A stretch of 64,000 bases of DNA from Vulcanimicrobiota bacterium (GCA_963795855.1 CAWCIZ010000003.1:192001-256000), one strand, 5' to 3'; shown: positions 9,507 through 20,112, counted from the first letter of the stretch. Made by a program: numbers and translations. The notes: generated from the letters alone by a model not told the origin.

Positions 9507-10915
9507 GAATCGCCGTGCCGATCATCGCGATCTTTTGCGCGCGTTTTTTGATGGGAGCCTGGTACTACGCCGGCCACGACGGCGATCTGGCGTGGCAGCA
9601 GTGGCTCGGCACTTACATTCTTCACAACCATCATTTGCCGCAGCGGCTCGGCCACGAGACGTTCACGGCACCCGGCGCGGCATGGGTGCCGCAAGAGTGG
9701 GCGTTCAGCGTCGCAGTCGCATGGTTTACCGCTACCGGGCGCTTTGCCGTACTCGCCGCGCTTTCGGTCGCCGCCGCCGCAATTTCACTGCTGCTCGTCG
9801 CATACCGCTCGCAGCGGCGCGGCGCCTCGACGTTTTCGACGGCGCTCGTAACCGCGTGCACCGGCTTTGCAATGCTGCAGGCGTTCGGCGTGCGCGCGCA
9901 AATTTTCGGCTGGCTGTTCCTGAGCATCGTTCTGCTGCTGCTCGATCTCGAGAACCAATGGATGCTGCTGGGATTGCTTGCGATCGCGCTCTGGGCGAAT
10001 CTGCATGCGAGCGCGCTCATCGCGCCCGTCATCGTCGGTGCGTGGGCGCTGGGAACGTGGATAGAAGATCGGGCGTGGACGGTACGCGTGGAGCGAAACG
10101 CGGTCTTTGCCGCGGGTTCGCTCATTGCGGTCTGCTTCACGCCGCTCGCATGGCATTTGCCGCTCTATGCCGTGCATCTCGAAACGAGCGTCATTCGCAG
10201 CGCGATTGCGGAATGGCAGCCGCCGGACTTGCTGTTCCCGGGTTTGATTTGGGGTCTGCTTCCGCTGCTGGGGATCTGCTGCTACTTCGGCATCGCCGCG
10301 CCGCGCGAACGGTGGCGTGACGGCATGCTGTTCGCGATTGCCGCAGTCATCACGGGCATCGCGGTCCGGCACATCCCGCTTGCCGCGATGATCGTCGCGC
10401 CGATGGCCGCGCAACGTCTCTCTTCGGTACTCCCGTCGCACGCGCGCATCAATACGATCGTGCAAGAGCACTTCAGCGAAGCGCTGATCTACGCGTGCAG
10501 CGCCCTCGTCTGCGGCATCATCGTGCTCGATCTCGCGCACGTGCCGCAAATATCCGGTGTCACGCTGCCGAAACGCGCCATCGTCACGCTCGCGGACGTG
10601 CCGGGCATGCACAATCTGTACTGCGAGGATTTTGCCTGGTGCAGCCTCGCCCTCGAGCAGCGCAATTTGCGAACGTTCATCGACGGACGGTGCGATCCGT
10701 TCCCCGCTCAAGTGTGGACCGACTATCTCGCCGTCGAACGCGCATCGCCCGAGTGGGACGGGGTGCTCCGCCGTTGGAACGTGGACTCGGTTTTGGTCGA
10801 CAAGAACAATTCGCTGGCGCAGGCGCTCGCGTTACGAAGCGACTGGCACCTGTTCTATCACGACCGGCGCTTCGAGATTTTTCGTCGCGACGGCGTTCGC
10901 ACAGCCGCACGTTAA
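9503..10915 (+). CDS. Putative GT-C fold membrane glycosyltransferase
   Basis: ATGA coupling; first-loop DGDLAWQ..LG..I...P, W.PQEW, LWANLH, SAIAEWQPP, C-terminal soluble domain FIDGRCDPF. Confidence 0.6.
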   Translation: MRIAVPIIAIFCARFLMGAWYYAGHDGDLAWQQWLGTYILHNHHLPQRLGHETFTAPGAAWVPQEWAFSVAVAWFTATGRFAVLAALSVAAAAISLLLVAYRSQRRGASTFSTALVTACTGFAMLQAFGVRAQIFGWLFLSIVLLLLDLENQWMLLGLLAIALWANLHASALIAPVIVGAWALGTWIEDRAWTVRVERNAVFAAGSLIAVCFTPLAWHLPLYAVHLETSVIRSAIAEWQPPDLLFPGLIWGLLPLLGICCYFGIAAPRERWRDGMLFAIAAVITGIAVRHIPLAAMIVAPMAAQRLSSVLPSHARINTIVQEHFSEALIYACSALVCGIIVLDLAHVPQISGVTLPKRAIVTLADVPGMHNLYCEDFAWCSLALEQRNLRTFIDGRCDPFPAQVWTDYLAVERASPEWDGVLRRWNVDSVLVDKNNSLAQALALRSDWHLFYHDRRFEIFRRDGVRTAAR

Positions 10916-12262
10916 CAGCAGCAATCCAATCCACGTCGGCGCTTTTCCGATCCACCACGCGATGCCGGTGCTCGAACGCTCGGAGCGTACGAACTGCGCC
11001 CATGACGACTGCGCCAAGGCCCCGCGCGCGACCACGGCGTGCACGTGCGGACTGATCCCCGGGCCGAATCGATAGGCGGCGACGAGAACCGCGCCGCTCA
11101 ACAGCACACTGCAGAGCGAGATTCGCAGCGCCGCGGAATCGCCGCACTCCAGCACTTCCACCGCAATCGCGGCCGCGACGATCGCATACGGAATCAGCAG
11201 CGTCGGCTCGCCCATGAGCCACACCCAAGGGAACGCGAGCAGCAGCAGCGCGGCGCCGAAAACGAACCGCGCGCGTCCCGTCTGCTGCAGCACGAGCAGC
11301 ACGACCGCCGGTATGGCCGCCATGATTTGCGTGTAATGCATGAACGTGCCGCCGAGCACCGCAAACGCCGGCGGCACCAGCGCCGCGTACGCGTCGTCGC
11401 CGCTTCGCTTCACGAGTACGCCCGCCGCCGCAAGCCCGAGCGCCGTCATGAGAACGTACGAGATCTCGCCGCCCGCAATTGCGGCGGAATCGCTGAAATG
11501 CAGCCCGTGAAGCATCCACGTCATGCCGAATTGCGCCGTGCTGCCGATTTCGGAACGGGCGTGCGCCGGGAGCACGTCGCGTAAATATTCGAGCGCGGTC
11601 GCCGGACCGCCGCAAAGAAGATCGAGCGCGATCGCGGCGCATGCGAGCACCGCCAGCGGTTTACGCATCCGCGGGACGAACAAAAACGCGCCTAAAAGCG
11701 CAGGCAGCGCCACATGCGGAAGGATCGTCGCAACGCCCGCCGCCAGTGCGGCCGCTGCCCATGCGCGCCGCCGCAGCGCGACTGCCATGTAGAGCAAAGC
11801 GGCAACGATGAGCGAACCGAGCTCGCCAAACGGTAAGACGATCACGGCATATCCAACGGCGAAGACCCACAGCATCGCATCAACCGGGCGATTCGCCAAA
11901 ACGGCAAGTGCGCGCGCGCTCGCGAAGACCGTCGCAAGCAGAACCGCCAGCCACAACGCGCACGCGGGAAGATACGGCAGAACGCCGAGCGGAACGAACG
12001 CGATGAGCGCATAGCCCGGAAGCGGAGCGGGAACGGCAACGCCCGGCGTCGCGCGATACAACCCGATCGGCATCGGCGCGCGCTCGCATTCGTAAATCGC
12101 GCGCGCAGTGTACGGATCGGCACCATGTGCGGTCGCCGCGGCCGCGCAATAAAAAGCGCGGAAATCGCCGAACAGCGCGTGCGCCTTCGAGCCCTCGTGA
12201 AGTTGCCACGCGATCAGCAGGGCCGTCGCCGCTACGGCAAACAGCAGGCGAAACTTACGCAC
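10832..12262 (-). CDS. Glycosyltransferase family 87 (DUF2029)-like membrane protein
   Basis: TM1 followed by GDFRAFYCAA...G.DPY, PLPGY, multiple TMs. Confidence 0.7.
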   Translation of the reverse strand: MRKFRLLFAVAATALLIAWQLHEGSKAHALFGDFRAFYCAAAATAHGADPYTARAIYECERAPMPIGLYRATPGVAVPAPLPGYALIAFVPLGVLPYLPACALWLAVLLATVFASARALAVLANRPVDAMLWVFAVGYAVIVLPFGELGSLIVAALLYMAVALRRRAWAAAALAAGVATILPHVALPALLGAFLFVPRMRKPLAVLACAAIALDLLCGGPATALEYLRDVLPAHARSEIGSTAQFGMTWMLHGLHFSDSAAIAGGEISYVLMTALGLAAAGVLVKRSGDDAYAALVPPAFAVLGGTFMHYTQIMAAIPAVVLLVLQQTGRARFVFGAALLLLAFPWVWLMGEPTLLIPYAIVAAAIAVEVLECGDSAALRISLCSVLLSGAVLVAAYRFGPGISPHVHAVVARGALAQSSWAQFVRSERSSTGIAWWIGKAPTWIGLLLLTCGCANAVATKNLEAPVVIEQVPVAS

Positions 12263-13847
12263 TCGTGCGTTTGCGGCGATGTTCGTCCAGAGATGCCGTC
12301 GAACCGCCGTACGGCGGCGCGATGCGCCCGAGCATTTTTATCAGACCGTTCGCGTCCGGACGAATCTTCTGCACGCGGTACGCGTAATCCGATGCGCTCT
12401 TCATGTCGCCCTCATCGAACGAGGTTTGCGCCAAACGCTCGAGCACGATGACGTGCTGGTCCTCCAGCAGACGCGCATGCCCGCCGAACCACGTCTCCGG
12501 CGGATCTCCGTCCAGCAGCCGCCCGGCGTACAGTTCTTCCGCCGCGCGGTAGTGCACGGCGGCTTCGTGGGAATCGCCGCGATCGAAATTCGCGTCGCCG
12601 TCGGCGACGTGCGCGCCGAAACGCCGGACGTCCGCAACTACGTTCGTCAAATCGAGCGACACGTCCGGATCCGCGCGAAAGTAGAGGTCGACGCAGGCGT
12701 ATCCAACCATTGACGCGATCGCCTTACGAATGTTGCTGCACGCCGTACGCACGCTCTGCGCCGCGAGCTGCCGATCCGCTTCCGGCCAAAAGACCGAGGC
12801 CAATTCCGCGCGCGTCGCCGATCCGGTAGGCTTAAGCAGCAAATACTTGATGAACTGCTGATCGCGGCGGCGAATCCAATTGATTTCCTGGCCGTCGATC
12901 TGCGCTTCGAATCGCCCGAACATGCGCACGATAAGCGGCGAGAGGCGCGCGCTCGGTGCCAAGCGCACGCGGCCGCGCAGTTGACGAAGCGGCCGGTACG
13001 GACGGTAATCCGCGTCGTCCGCCACGACGAACAGGCCCTGCGCTTCCAGGCGATGGAGGCGCTGCTGATCGTCGATCGTCGCACCGGCGATTAAACTGCG
13101 CACGAGCGCGCGATCTTCTTCCGCGGCGCGATCGAGATCCGCTGCAATGAATTCCGTGAAGACTTGTCCGTAGCGCACGCGCCAATGTTCGTATGCGTCG
13201 CTCAAAGAGCGGCTGTCCTCCGCGGCAGCGCGCACGGCACCGCTCACGACGATGGCCCAGCCTTCGCTTTCTTCCAGGAGCCGTCCGATTTCCAAATGCG
13301 TGCACGGCACGCCGCACGTTTCGGCGAGCAGCTCGGTTTCGGCGGGATCGAAGGCAAGCCGCCGGTGATCGCACAGCACGCCGAGTCCCCGCGCAACCCA
13401 ATTCTTCGCATCGATGGCATCGCGCGAGCGCGAGGTATAGATGAAGGTCAGGTGTTCGGGTGAATCTTCGACCATCTGCCGCAGCAGGACGAGCACTTCC
13501 GGCGAGGCGTTGTCGACGTCGTCGAGCGCCAGCTCCGTCGGAGCGGTAACCGCAACGCGCAGCGCGTTGAGAAGATCGTCGTACGAGTTGGGCGTTCGGC
13601 CGAGGGCGAGCGCCGCCGCGACGAGTTCGAAGAATTTCGCGGGCGAGGTGTGCTCCGGGAGCGCGCAATAGCCGGCGTCGACGGCGCTGTTCGGCAAATA
13701 CTTGAGCAGCAGCGTGCTTTTTCCGGAGCCGGCGGGCGCGATCAATAGGCGCAGCGGCACCGCGACATGCGTCGCGAGCCAGCGTTCCAGACGCGAACGC
13801 CGCACTGTGGACGGAGCCACGCGCGGCAGGGTGCGAGTACGTATCAT
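12255..13847 (-). CDS. MalT-like N-terminus + BTAD (SARP-like) transcriptional regulator
   Basis: R.RL, APAGSGKSTLL Walker A, LDDVD, LAFD..ET, SEGWA; C-terminal VRMFGRFE..IDG, R.ELA..FWPEA, A.ELYAG.LL. Confidence 0.75.
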   Translation of the reverse strand: MIRTRTLPRVAPSTVRRSRLERWLATHVAVPLRLLIAPAGSGKSTLLLKYLPNSAVDAGYCALPEHTSPAKFFELVAAALALGRTPNSYDDLLNALRVAVTAPTELALDDVDNASPEVLVLLRQMVEDSPEHLTFIYTSRSRDAIDAKNWVARGLGVLCDHRRLAFDPAETELLAETCGVPCTHLEIGRLLEESEGWAIVVSGAVRAAAEDSRSLSDAYEHWRVRYGQVFTEFIAADLDRAAEEDRALVRSLIAGATIDDQQRLHRLEAQGLFVVADDADYRPYRPLRQLRGRVRLAPSARLSPLIVRMFGRFEAQIDGQEINWIRRRDQQFIKYLLLKPTGSATRAELASVFWPEADRQLAAQSVRTACSNIRKAIASMVGYACVDLYFRADPDVSLDLTNVVADVRRFGAHVADGDANFDRGDSHEAAVHYRAAEELYAGRLLDGDPPETWFGGHARLLEDQHVIVLERLAQTSFDEGDMKSASDYAYRVQKIRPDANGLIKMLGRIAPPYGGSTASLDEHRRKRTSA

Positions 13848-13958
13848 CGGAGCCTATCCCTTAGAATCGGCCCGAGTGGCCGCTCGCGTTAGCCGTTTCC
13901 TCGCCCCGGGAGAGACCGAGGCGCCGGGCTCGGGCGCGGGGCGTCGAAAGGCGCCGTT

Positions 13959-14813
13959 ATGCCCCTCGTCTTCGTGCCGACGCCCCTGGGCAATCTCGGC
14001 GACATCACGCTGCGCGCGCTCGAGGCCTTGCGCGAGTGTTCGCTGCTCATCGCGGAGGACTCGCGGGTGGCGCGGAAATTGCTGGCGGCGCTGCAGCTTC
14101 CCGGAAAAGAGATTTGGAGCTATCACGAGCACAACGCCCAGGCGGCCACTGCGGGCATCCTCGAACGCGCGGCCTCGGAACTGGTGGCCGTTGTGACTGA
14201 CGCGGGGACGCCGGGCATTTCGGACCCCGGCGCGGACTTGGTCGCGGCCGCGCGCGCGGCGAATGTCGCCGTTGAGGTGCTGCCGGGCCCCAGCGCGGCC
14301 ATCGGAGCCGCAGTACTATCGGGTTTTCCGCTGCGGCGGTTTACGTTCGAGGGCTTCCCGCCGCGTACGAGCGCCGCCAGGCGCGCGGCCCTGCGCCGCA
14401 GTTTTGCGACGGCCTCGCCGAGTGTATGGTATGAATCTCCGCAGCGCATTCGTGCGTTCTTGAACGATATCGAGGCGGTCGACGCGCACGCCCGCGTGTT
14501 TCTGGTTCGCGAATACACCAAGCGCTACGAACAGCAGATCCTCGGCACGGCGCGCCGGGTGGCCGAAGAACTCGGCGATCCGGTGCGGGGCGAGATCGCG
14601 CTGGTTATCGCGCCTTCAGCGGCGGCGCCGCCGCGAGCACCATCGCCTGCGCTTCTCGATGAAGAAATCGACGCGCTGCTGCATGACGGACGGAGCGTTT
14701 CCGCCGTGGCAAAAGCGCTGGCCGAACGCGGCATGGGTGAGCGCCGGCACATTTACGCGCGCGCAACCGAACGCAAACGCCTGCAAAGGGACGGCTCCGC
14801 CGCGCAGCGATAG
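13959..14813 (+). CDS. rsmI: 16S rRNA (cytidine1402-2'-O)-methyltransferase
   Basis: TPLGNLGDITLRAL, AEDSR, DAGTPGISDPG, PGPSA, FEGFPP, YESPQR, RE.TK.YE. Confidence 0.95.
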   Translation: MPLVFVPTPLGNLGDITLRALEALRECSLLIAEDSRVARKLLAALQLPGKEIWSYHEHNAQAATAGILERAASELVAVVTDAGTPGISDPGADLVAAARAANVAVEVLPGPSAAIGAAVLSGFPLRRFTFEGFPPRTSAARRAALRRSFATASPSVWYESPQRIRAFLNDIEAVDAHARVFLVREYTKRYEQQILGTARRVAEELGDPVRGEIALVIAPSAAAPPRAPSPALLDEEIDALLHDGRSVSAVAKALAERGMGERRHIYARATERKRLQRDGSAAQR

Positions 14814-14822
14814 AGGAACTGG

Positions 14823-16358
14823 ATGGAATCCCGGCCCTTCTACGTGACGACGCCCATTTATTACATCAGCGGAAACCCGCACATCGGTCACGCGTACACG
14901 ACGATCGTCGCGGACGTCTTGGCGCGCACCGCGCGCGCGCAGGGATCCGCTTATTTTCTCACGGGCACGGACGAACATGGGCAAAAAGTAGCCGACGCCG
15001 CAGCGGCCGCCGGTAAATCGCCGCAGCAATGGTGCGACGATCTGATTCCACGGTGGCAATCGCTCTTCGCGCGCTACAACGTCGCGTACGACGATTTCAT
15101 CCGCACGACGCAGCCGCGCCACGAGCGCGTCGTGCAAACGGTATTCGAAAAACTGCGCGAGAGCGGCGACGTGTATCTCGGAAAATACGAAGGCTGGTAC
15201 TGCGTTCCCGACGAGACGTTTTGGCTCGAATCCAAACTCGTCGACGGCAAATGTCCGACGTGCGGCCGTCCGGTGCAATGGCTCTCCGAGGACGACTGGT
15301 TTTTCCGGTTGTCGAAATACAACGATCGCCTCAAGCAGTACTTTCTCGAGCGGCCGCAATGGGTGCGGCCGCGTGCCGTTTACAACGAAATGATGGCCTT
15401 GCTCGAGGAGGGTCTCGACGACTTGAGCATCACGCGCACGAATCTGGAGTGGGGCATTCCGGTCCCCGCCGGTTCGTTCGCAAACGGCGCGGAGTCGCAC
15501 GGCGTCATTTACGTCTGGTTCGACGCCCTGCTGAACTACATTTCCGCGCTCGGGTGGCCCGACGGCGAGAAGTTCAAAACGTTCTGGCCGGCCAGCGTGC
15601 AGCTGATCGGCAAAGAAATCGCACGCTTTCACACGCTCATCTGGCCGGCGATCCTCTGGGCCGTCGGCGAAGCGGCGCCGCAGATGGTGTTTGCGCACGG
15701 CTGGATCACCGTCGAAGGCCAGAAGATGGGCAAAAGCCTGGGTAACGTCGTCGATCCGTTTGCGCTCGCCGAACGTTTCGGCGCCGACGCGATGCGCTAT
15801 TTCTTGCTGCGCGAAGCGCCGTTCGGCAGCGACTTCTCGTATTCCGAAGAAAAGATCGTGCAACGCTACAACAGCGACCTGGGCAACGATCTCGGCAACC
15901 TGTTGCGCCGTTCGTTAGCCATGCTCGAGAAATACCGCAACGGACTTGTGCCGCAGCCGCGGAGAGGACGCATTCGGCGAGCAGTTCGCGGATCTGCCGA
16001 AACGCGTTCGCGCGTTGATCGCCGATTTGCAATTCCGAGACGCGCTCGAAGCGATTTGGGAACTGGTCGCCGCGCTCAATCGCGCGATCGACGATCGCAA
16101 GCCCTGGGTGCTGTTCAAGAGAAGGACGGCAAACCGAATTGGACGGCTTGCTGTACGTGCTCTGCGAAGGCCTGCGCTGGCTGGCGATTCTGCTGCGATC
16201 CGTTCATGCCCGAGCGCACGGAAGACATGTGGCGGCAACTGGGTGCCGCCGATCGCATCGACGCGGATTGGGAGCGCGCGCTTTCATGGGGCGGCATCGC
16301 GCCGGGTACGCAAACCGCGCCGGCCGAGGCGCTGTTTCCGCGCATCGACGCGGCATGA
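14823..16358 (+). CDS. metG: Methionine-tRNA ligase (short form; indels after about 15950)
   Basis: YVTTPIYY, PHIGHAYT, GTDEHGQK, YVWFDAL.NY, KMGKSLGN. Confidence 0.95.
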   Translation: MESRPFYVTTPIYYISGNPHIGHAYTTIVADVLARTARAQGSAYFLTGTDEHGQKVADAAAAAGKSPQQWCDDLIPRWQSLFARYNVAYDDFIRTTQPRHERVVQTVFEKLRESGDVYLGKYEGWYCVPDETFWLESKLVDGKCPTCGRPVQWLSEDDWFFRLSKYNDRLKQYFLERPQWVRPRAVYNEMMALLEEGLDDLSITRTNLEWGIPVPAGSFANGAESHGVIYVWFDALLNYISALGWPDGEKFKTFWPASVQLIGKEIARFHTLIWPAILWAVGEAAPQMVFAHGWITVEGQKMGKSLGNVVDPFALAERFGADAMRYFLLREAPFGSDFSYSEEKIVQRYNSDLGNDLGNLLRRSLAMLEKYRNGLVPQPRRGRIRRAVRGSAETRSRVDRRFAIPRRARSDLGTGRRAQSRDRRSQALGAVQEKDGKPNWTACCTCSAKACAGWRFCCDPFMPERTEDMWRQLGAADRIDADWERALSWGGIAPGTQTAPAEALFPRIDAA

Positions 16359-17158
16359 CTCCAGAGCCCGCTCCAACCCTCGTCGATTCGCACGCGCACA
16401 TCCACGACAAAGCCTTCGACGAAGATCGCGACGACGTCGTGCGCCGCATGCGCGAAGCGGGCGTCGAAAAGGCCGTGACGGTCGGATGCGATCTGGAGGA
16501 CTCGGCGCGTGCGCTGCAGTCGGCGCAGCGATACGGCCTCCATGCATCCGTCGGGATTCACCCGCACGAAGCGCGAAGACGCACCGGCGGATCTCGCCGC
16601 TGCGTTCGCGCCTTTGCTGCAGAACGAACGCGTGGTCGCGATCGGCGAGACGGGTTTGGATTACTATTACGATCACAGCCCGCGCGAGCAGCAGCAGCGC
16701 GTGCTTCGCGCGCAGATCGCCCTTGCGCGCGACGCGGAATCGCCCGGTGATCTTTCATCATCGCGACGCCTTCGAAGACTTCGTCGGCAATTTTGCGCGA
16801 TGAGTGGCGCGCCGGCATGCGCGGCGTGATTCATTGTTTTACCGGCGATGCGCAGCAAGCGCAGACGTACATGCGCGAGTTCGGCCTGCTGCTCGGTATC
16901 GGCGGCGTCGTTACGTTCAAATCGGCGCAACCGGTGCGCGACGCGGTCGTCGCGGTGGGCGCCGAACACCTGGTTCTGGAGACCGACTGCCCGTATCTTG
17001 GCGCCCGTGCCGCATCGCGGCAAGCGCAACGAACCGGCATACGTTTCGGTCACCGCGGATGCGCTCGCGCACCTGCTTCACGCCACGCGCGAGCAGATAG
17101 CCGCGGTAACGACGCCGCAATGCGCGCGACGCTATTTGGATATGAACCGCTGACGTAG
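16355..17158 (+). CDS. tatD: TatD family hydrolase (multiple indels)
   Basis: DSHAH, GIHPHE, AIGETGLDYYY, IHCFTG, LETDCPY, RNEP spread over shifting frames. Confidence 0.88.
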
Positions 17159-17981
17159 CGGTCGCGAACCTTTCGCCAATGTGCTTCGAAACGCGCGTGC
17201 AGCGCGCGCGACGAACGCCGGATCGCCGGTGCGCAAAGCCCCACTCGAGTTGATCGCCGTCGGCATACGTCGACGTCGCATTGGCCGACCCAATCCATGC
17301 GCGCGTTCCGGCGACCGCGAACTTTTCGCTCGAGCGCGTGAGCCGAACGTCGGACGCCCGCGCCTATGAGCAAAGCGGCAACGCGGCGCGTCTTCGGGTC
17401 CGTTGACGCTGCCCGTCTCGAGAGCAGCACGCGGCAGCGCACGCCGCTTTGCGCCGACGCGGATCGCGTGCGCATACACGGCGCACGCATGCCGAACGCT
17501 TCGCTTTCGACGTCCACGTCGTCGCGCGATCCGCGCTGCAAGCATTCGCGCTTCTGCTGCGCAGGCGTCGTCTTTGTTCAGTCCAGGTGCGCCTGCCGAG
17601 ATGCCGTCGTCGCCGAGCGATTGCCGCGCGAATCGCTGCGACGTGCGGGCGCGATCGTCGCGCAACGACCGTATCGCCCGTCATCGTTCCAAGTTCCGAT
17701 CGTCCAAAAACGCGTCGCCGTCGCAGACGGCGGCCTTCAGATGCAAAGCGGACCTTCGTCGCTGCTCGCATGGACGAGTCGCGCGTCGACGCCGGCCTTG
17801 CGCAGCGCGTCGACGGCTGCGGCGGTTGCAGCCGCCAAACTGCGGCCGTCAGCCGAAACGGTGCGCCGTCCAGCCGCACCTGCACGTGCGCGCCGCGGCG
17901 CGCGGCATGCTTCGAGCGCCGCTCAGCACGTCGCCCGGCGAAGCAAGTACGAGGCGCAATCGATATGGCGCGCGTTCGCAT
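17132..17981 (-). CDS. Phospholipase D-like (HKD) protein, heavily frameshifted; boundaries approximate
   Basis: Hand-read minus strand: LHLKAAVCDGDAFLDDRN (HxKxxxxD, about 17692-17745) and SEKFAVAG..AWIGSANAT (about 17270-17335). Confidence 0.6.
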
Positions 17982-18082
17982 AGCCGCGAGCATGCCCAAA
18001 GTCGACGCGAGCGAAATCATGCATCGAGCCATCACCGCCGGGAATGAACGCCTAGGCCCGGCGCGAAAGCACATCGGTTCGC

Positions 18083-18818
18083 ATGACGTTCACCGAAACA
18101 CGGTTCCGCCGCCGACCGACAAAGGCGCCTTCGTGCGCGAGATGTTCGCCCGGATCGCGCCGCGCTACGATGCGGCCAACCGCGTCATCAGCGCCGGCAT
18201 GGACGAAGGCTGGCGCAAGCGTGCGATCGCGGTGCTCGCACGCGCCGCACAGGCGGCCGCGTTCTGGATTTGTGCTGCGGAACCGGCGACGTCGTGTTTC
18301 ATTTGCTGCGCACGGATCCGACGCTGCACGTGACGGGCGTCGATTTCTGCGAGCCGATGCTGCAGACGGCGCGCGCGCGCGCGCCAAACGCGAAGCGCGC
18401 GGCGACGTCGCACTTCGTCGAAGGCGACGTGATGGCGCTGCCGTTCGCGGACGCCACATTCGACGGCGCGACGATGGGATTTTCGCTGCGCAACGTCGTC
18501 GACATCGATGCGGCGCTGCGCGAAATCCGTCGCGTGCTGCGGCCCGGAGCGCGCTTCGTCAACTTGGACATGAGCAAAGCGCCGAACCCGCTGTGGAAGG
18601 CGTGCTTCGATCTGTACTTCTACCGCATCGTGCCGCTCATCGGCGGCATCGTCGGCGGCTCGCGCGCAGCGTACGCGTATCTGCCGCAGTCGCTCACGCA
18701 CCATCCCGAACGCGGAGGCGCTGCGCGACGCGGTTCGCGCGCGCCGGATTCAACGACTGCGGGCTTCGTGCGCTCTGATGGGCGGCGCCGTCGCCATTCA
18801 CTACGGAACGGCGCATGA
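18083..18818 (+). CDS. menG: Demethylmenaquinone methyltransferase (indels)
   Basis: VREMFARIAPRYDAANRVISAG.D..WR, DLCCGTGD, GD...LPF.D..FD, FSLRNV, YAYLPQS. Confidence 0.88.
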
Positions 18819-19791
18819 TGATCGAGCCGAAACCGCGCACGCGACGCCAGCCTCTACTCGCTGGTCGAAGACTTTTTCCGCAACACGTTCACGACCGACA
18901 ATCCGCTGATCACCGAAGCGATAAAGCGCATGCTGGCGGCCGGCGGCAAGCGGCTGCGTCCGCGCATCACGCTGCTGGCCGCGCAAGCCGAACGGCGCCG
19001 AATCCGGCAAGACCATCTCGCATCTCGCCGCGTACATGGAGCTGATCCACGTCGCGACGCTCATTCACGACGACGTCGTCGACAACGCGCAAACGCGGCG
19101 CGGCGTCAATGCGACCGCCGTCGATTACGGCAACCGCATCAGCGTGCTCGCCGGCGATTATCTGTTCGCATGGATCTTCAAGAACGTCACCGCGCAGTAT
19201 CCGCATCCCGTTCCGAACATTCTTTCCGCGACGCTGGCCGATATCTGCGACGGCGAAGTGCTGCAATTGCGCGCGCTGGGCAATCTCGATCTGCCGCTCG
19301 CGGCGTACGTCGAGATCGTGATGAAAAAAACGGCGTCGCTCTTTGCGGCTTCGGCCGAATGCGGCGCGATCATGGGCGGCGCCGAGCCGCTGCAGCGTCG
19401 AAAGCGCTGCGCGATTTCGGCCTGTACTACGGCATCGCGTTTCAGATGAAGGACGACCTGCTCGACCTGACGGCCGACGCGCAGTCGCTCGGCAAGCCCG
19501 TCGGCAACGACTTGCGCGAGCGCAAGATGACGATTCCGTTAATTCTCGCGCTGGCGCGCGGCGACGGCGACTTCGCGAGCGCTGGTCGAACGTTTCTATG
19601 CAGGGAAGCCGAGACGCGGGCCATACCGGCACGGTCATCGAGGGCATCGCCGCGTGCGGCGGGCTGGACGGAACGCGCGAGCAGATCGCCCAGTACGCCG
19701 CGCCGCGCGAAGCTCTCGCTGGCGCCGCTGGACAACGAGCCCGGCAAAGGCCGAACTGCAGCGGCTTGGCCGACGCGCTGCTCGCAGATAG
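18815..19791 (+). CDS. Polyprenyl diphosphate synthase (HepT-like; indels)
   Basis: GGKRLRP, ELIHVATLIHDDVVD...RRG, VLAGDYL, KKTASLF, GIAFQMKDDLLD, GKPVGNDL. Confidence 0.9.
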
Positions 19792-19803
19792 AAGGAGTAC
19801 ATC

Positions 19804-20091
19804 ATGAGTCATTCATCCCGCTCGTCGCGCTCGGCCCCGAGATAATCGGCATCGTCGTCGATTGCCGCGTTGCTCTTCGGCGCGGAGAAACTGCCGAAGC
19901 TGGCGCGCAGCGCCGGCCAAGCGAAGAAAGAATTCATGATGGGTCAGGCCGAGGCCGACGCAGCCGCCGAACGAGCGCGCGAACAGGCGCGTCTGCGCGC
20001 GCCAAGCCGCGAACGCCGACCCGATGGACAACGTCGGTCAGAACAACGCCGCGGGCGTCGGCGAAAACGTTCCGCCGCCGACGCCGGATAA
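19804..20091 (+). CDS. tatA: Twin-arginine translocase TatA/E (indels)
   Basis: AAGGAG SD; GPEI..I....LLFGAEKLPKLARSAG.AKKEF. Confidence 0.85.
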
Positions 20092-20112
20092 AGGAACGCT
20101 CAGCGGCTGAGC

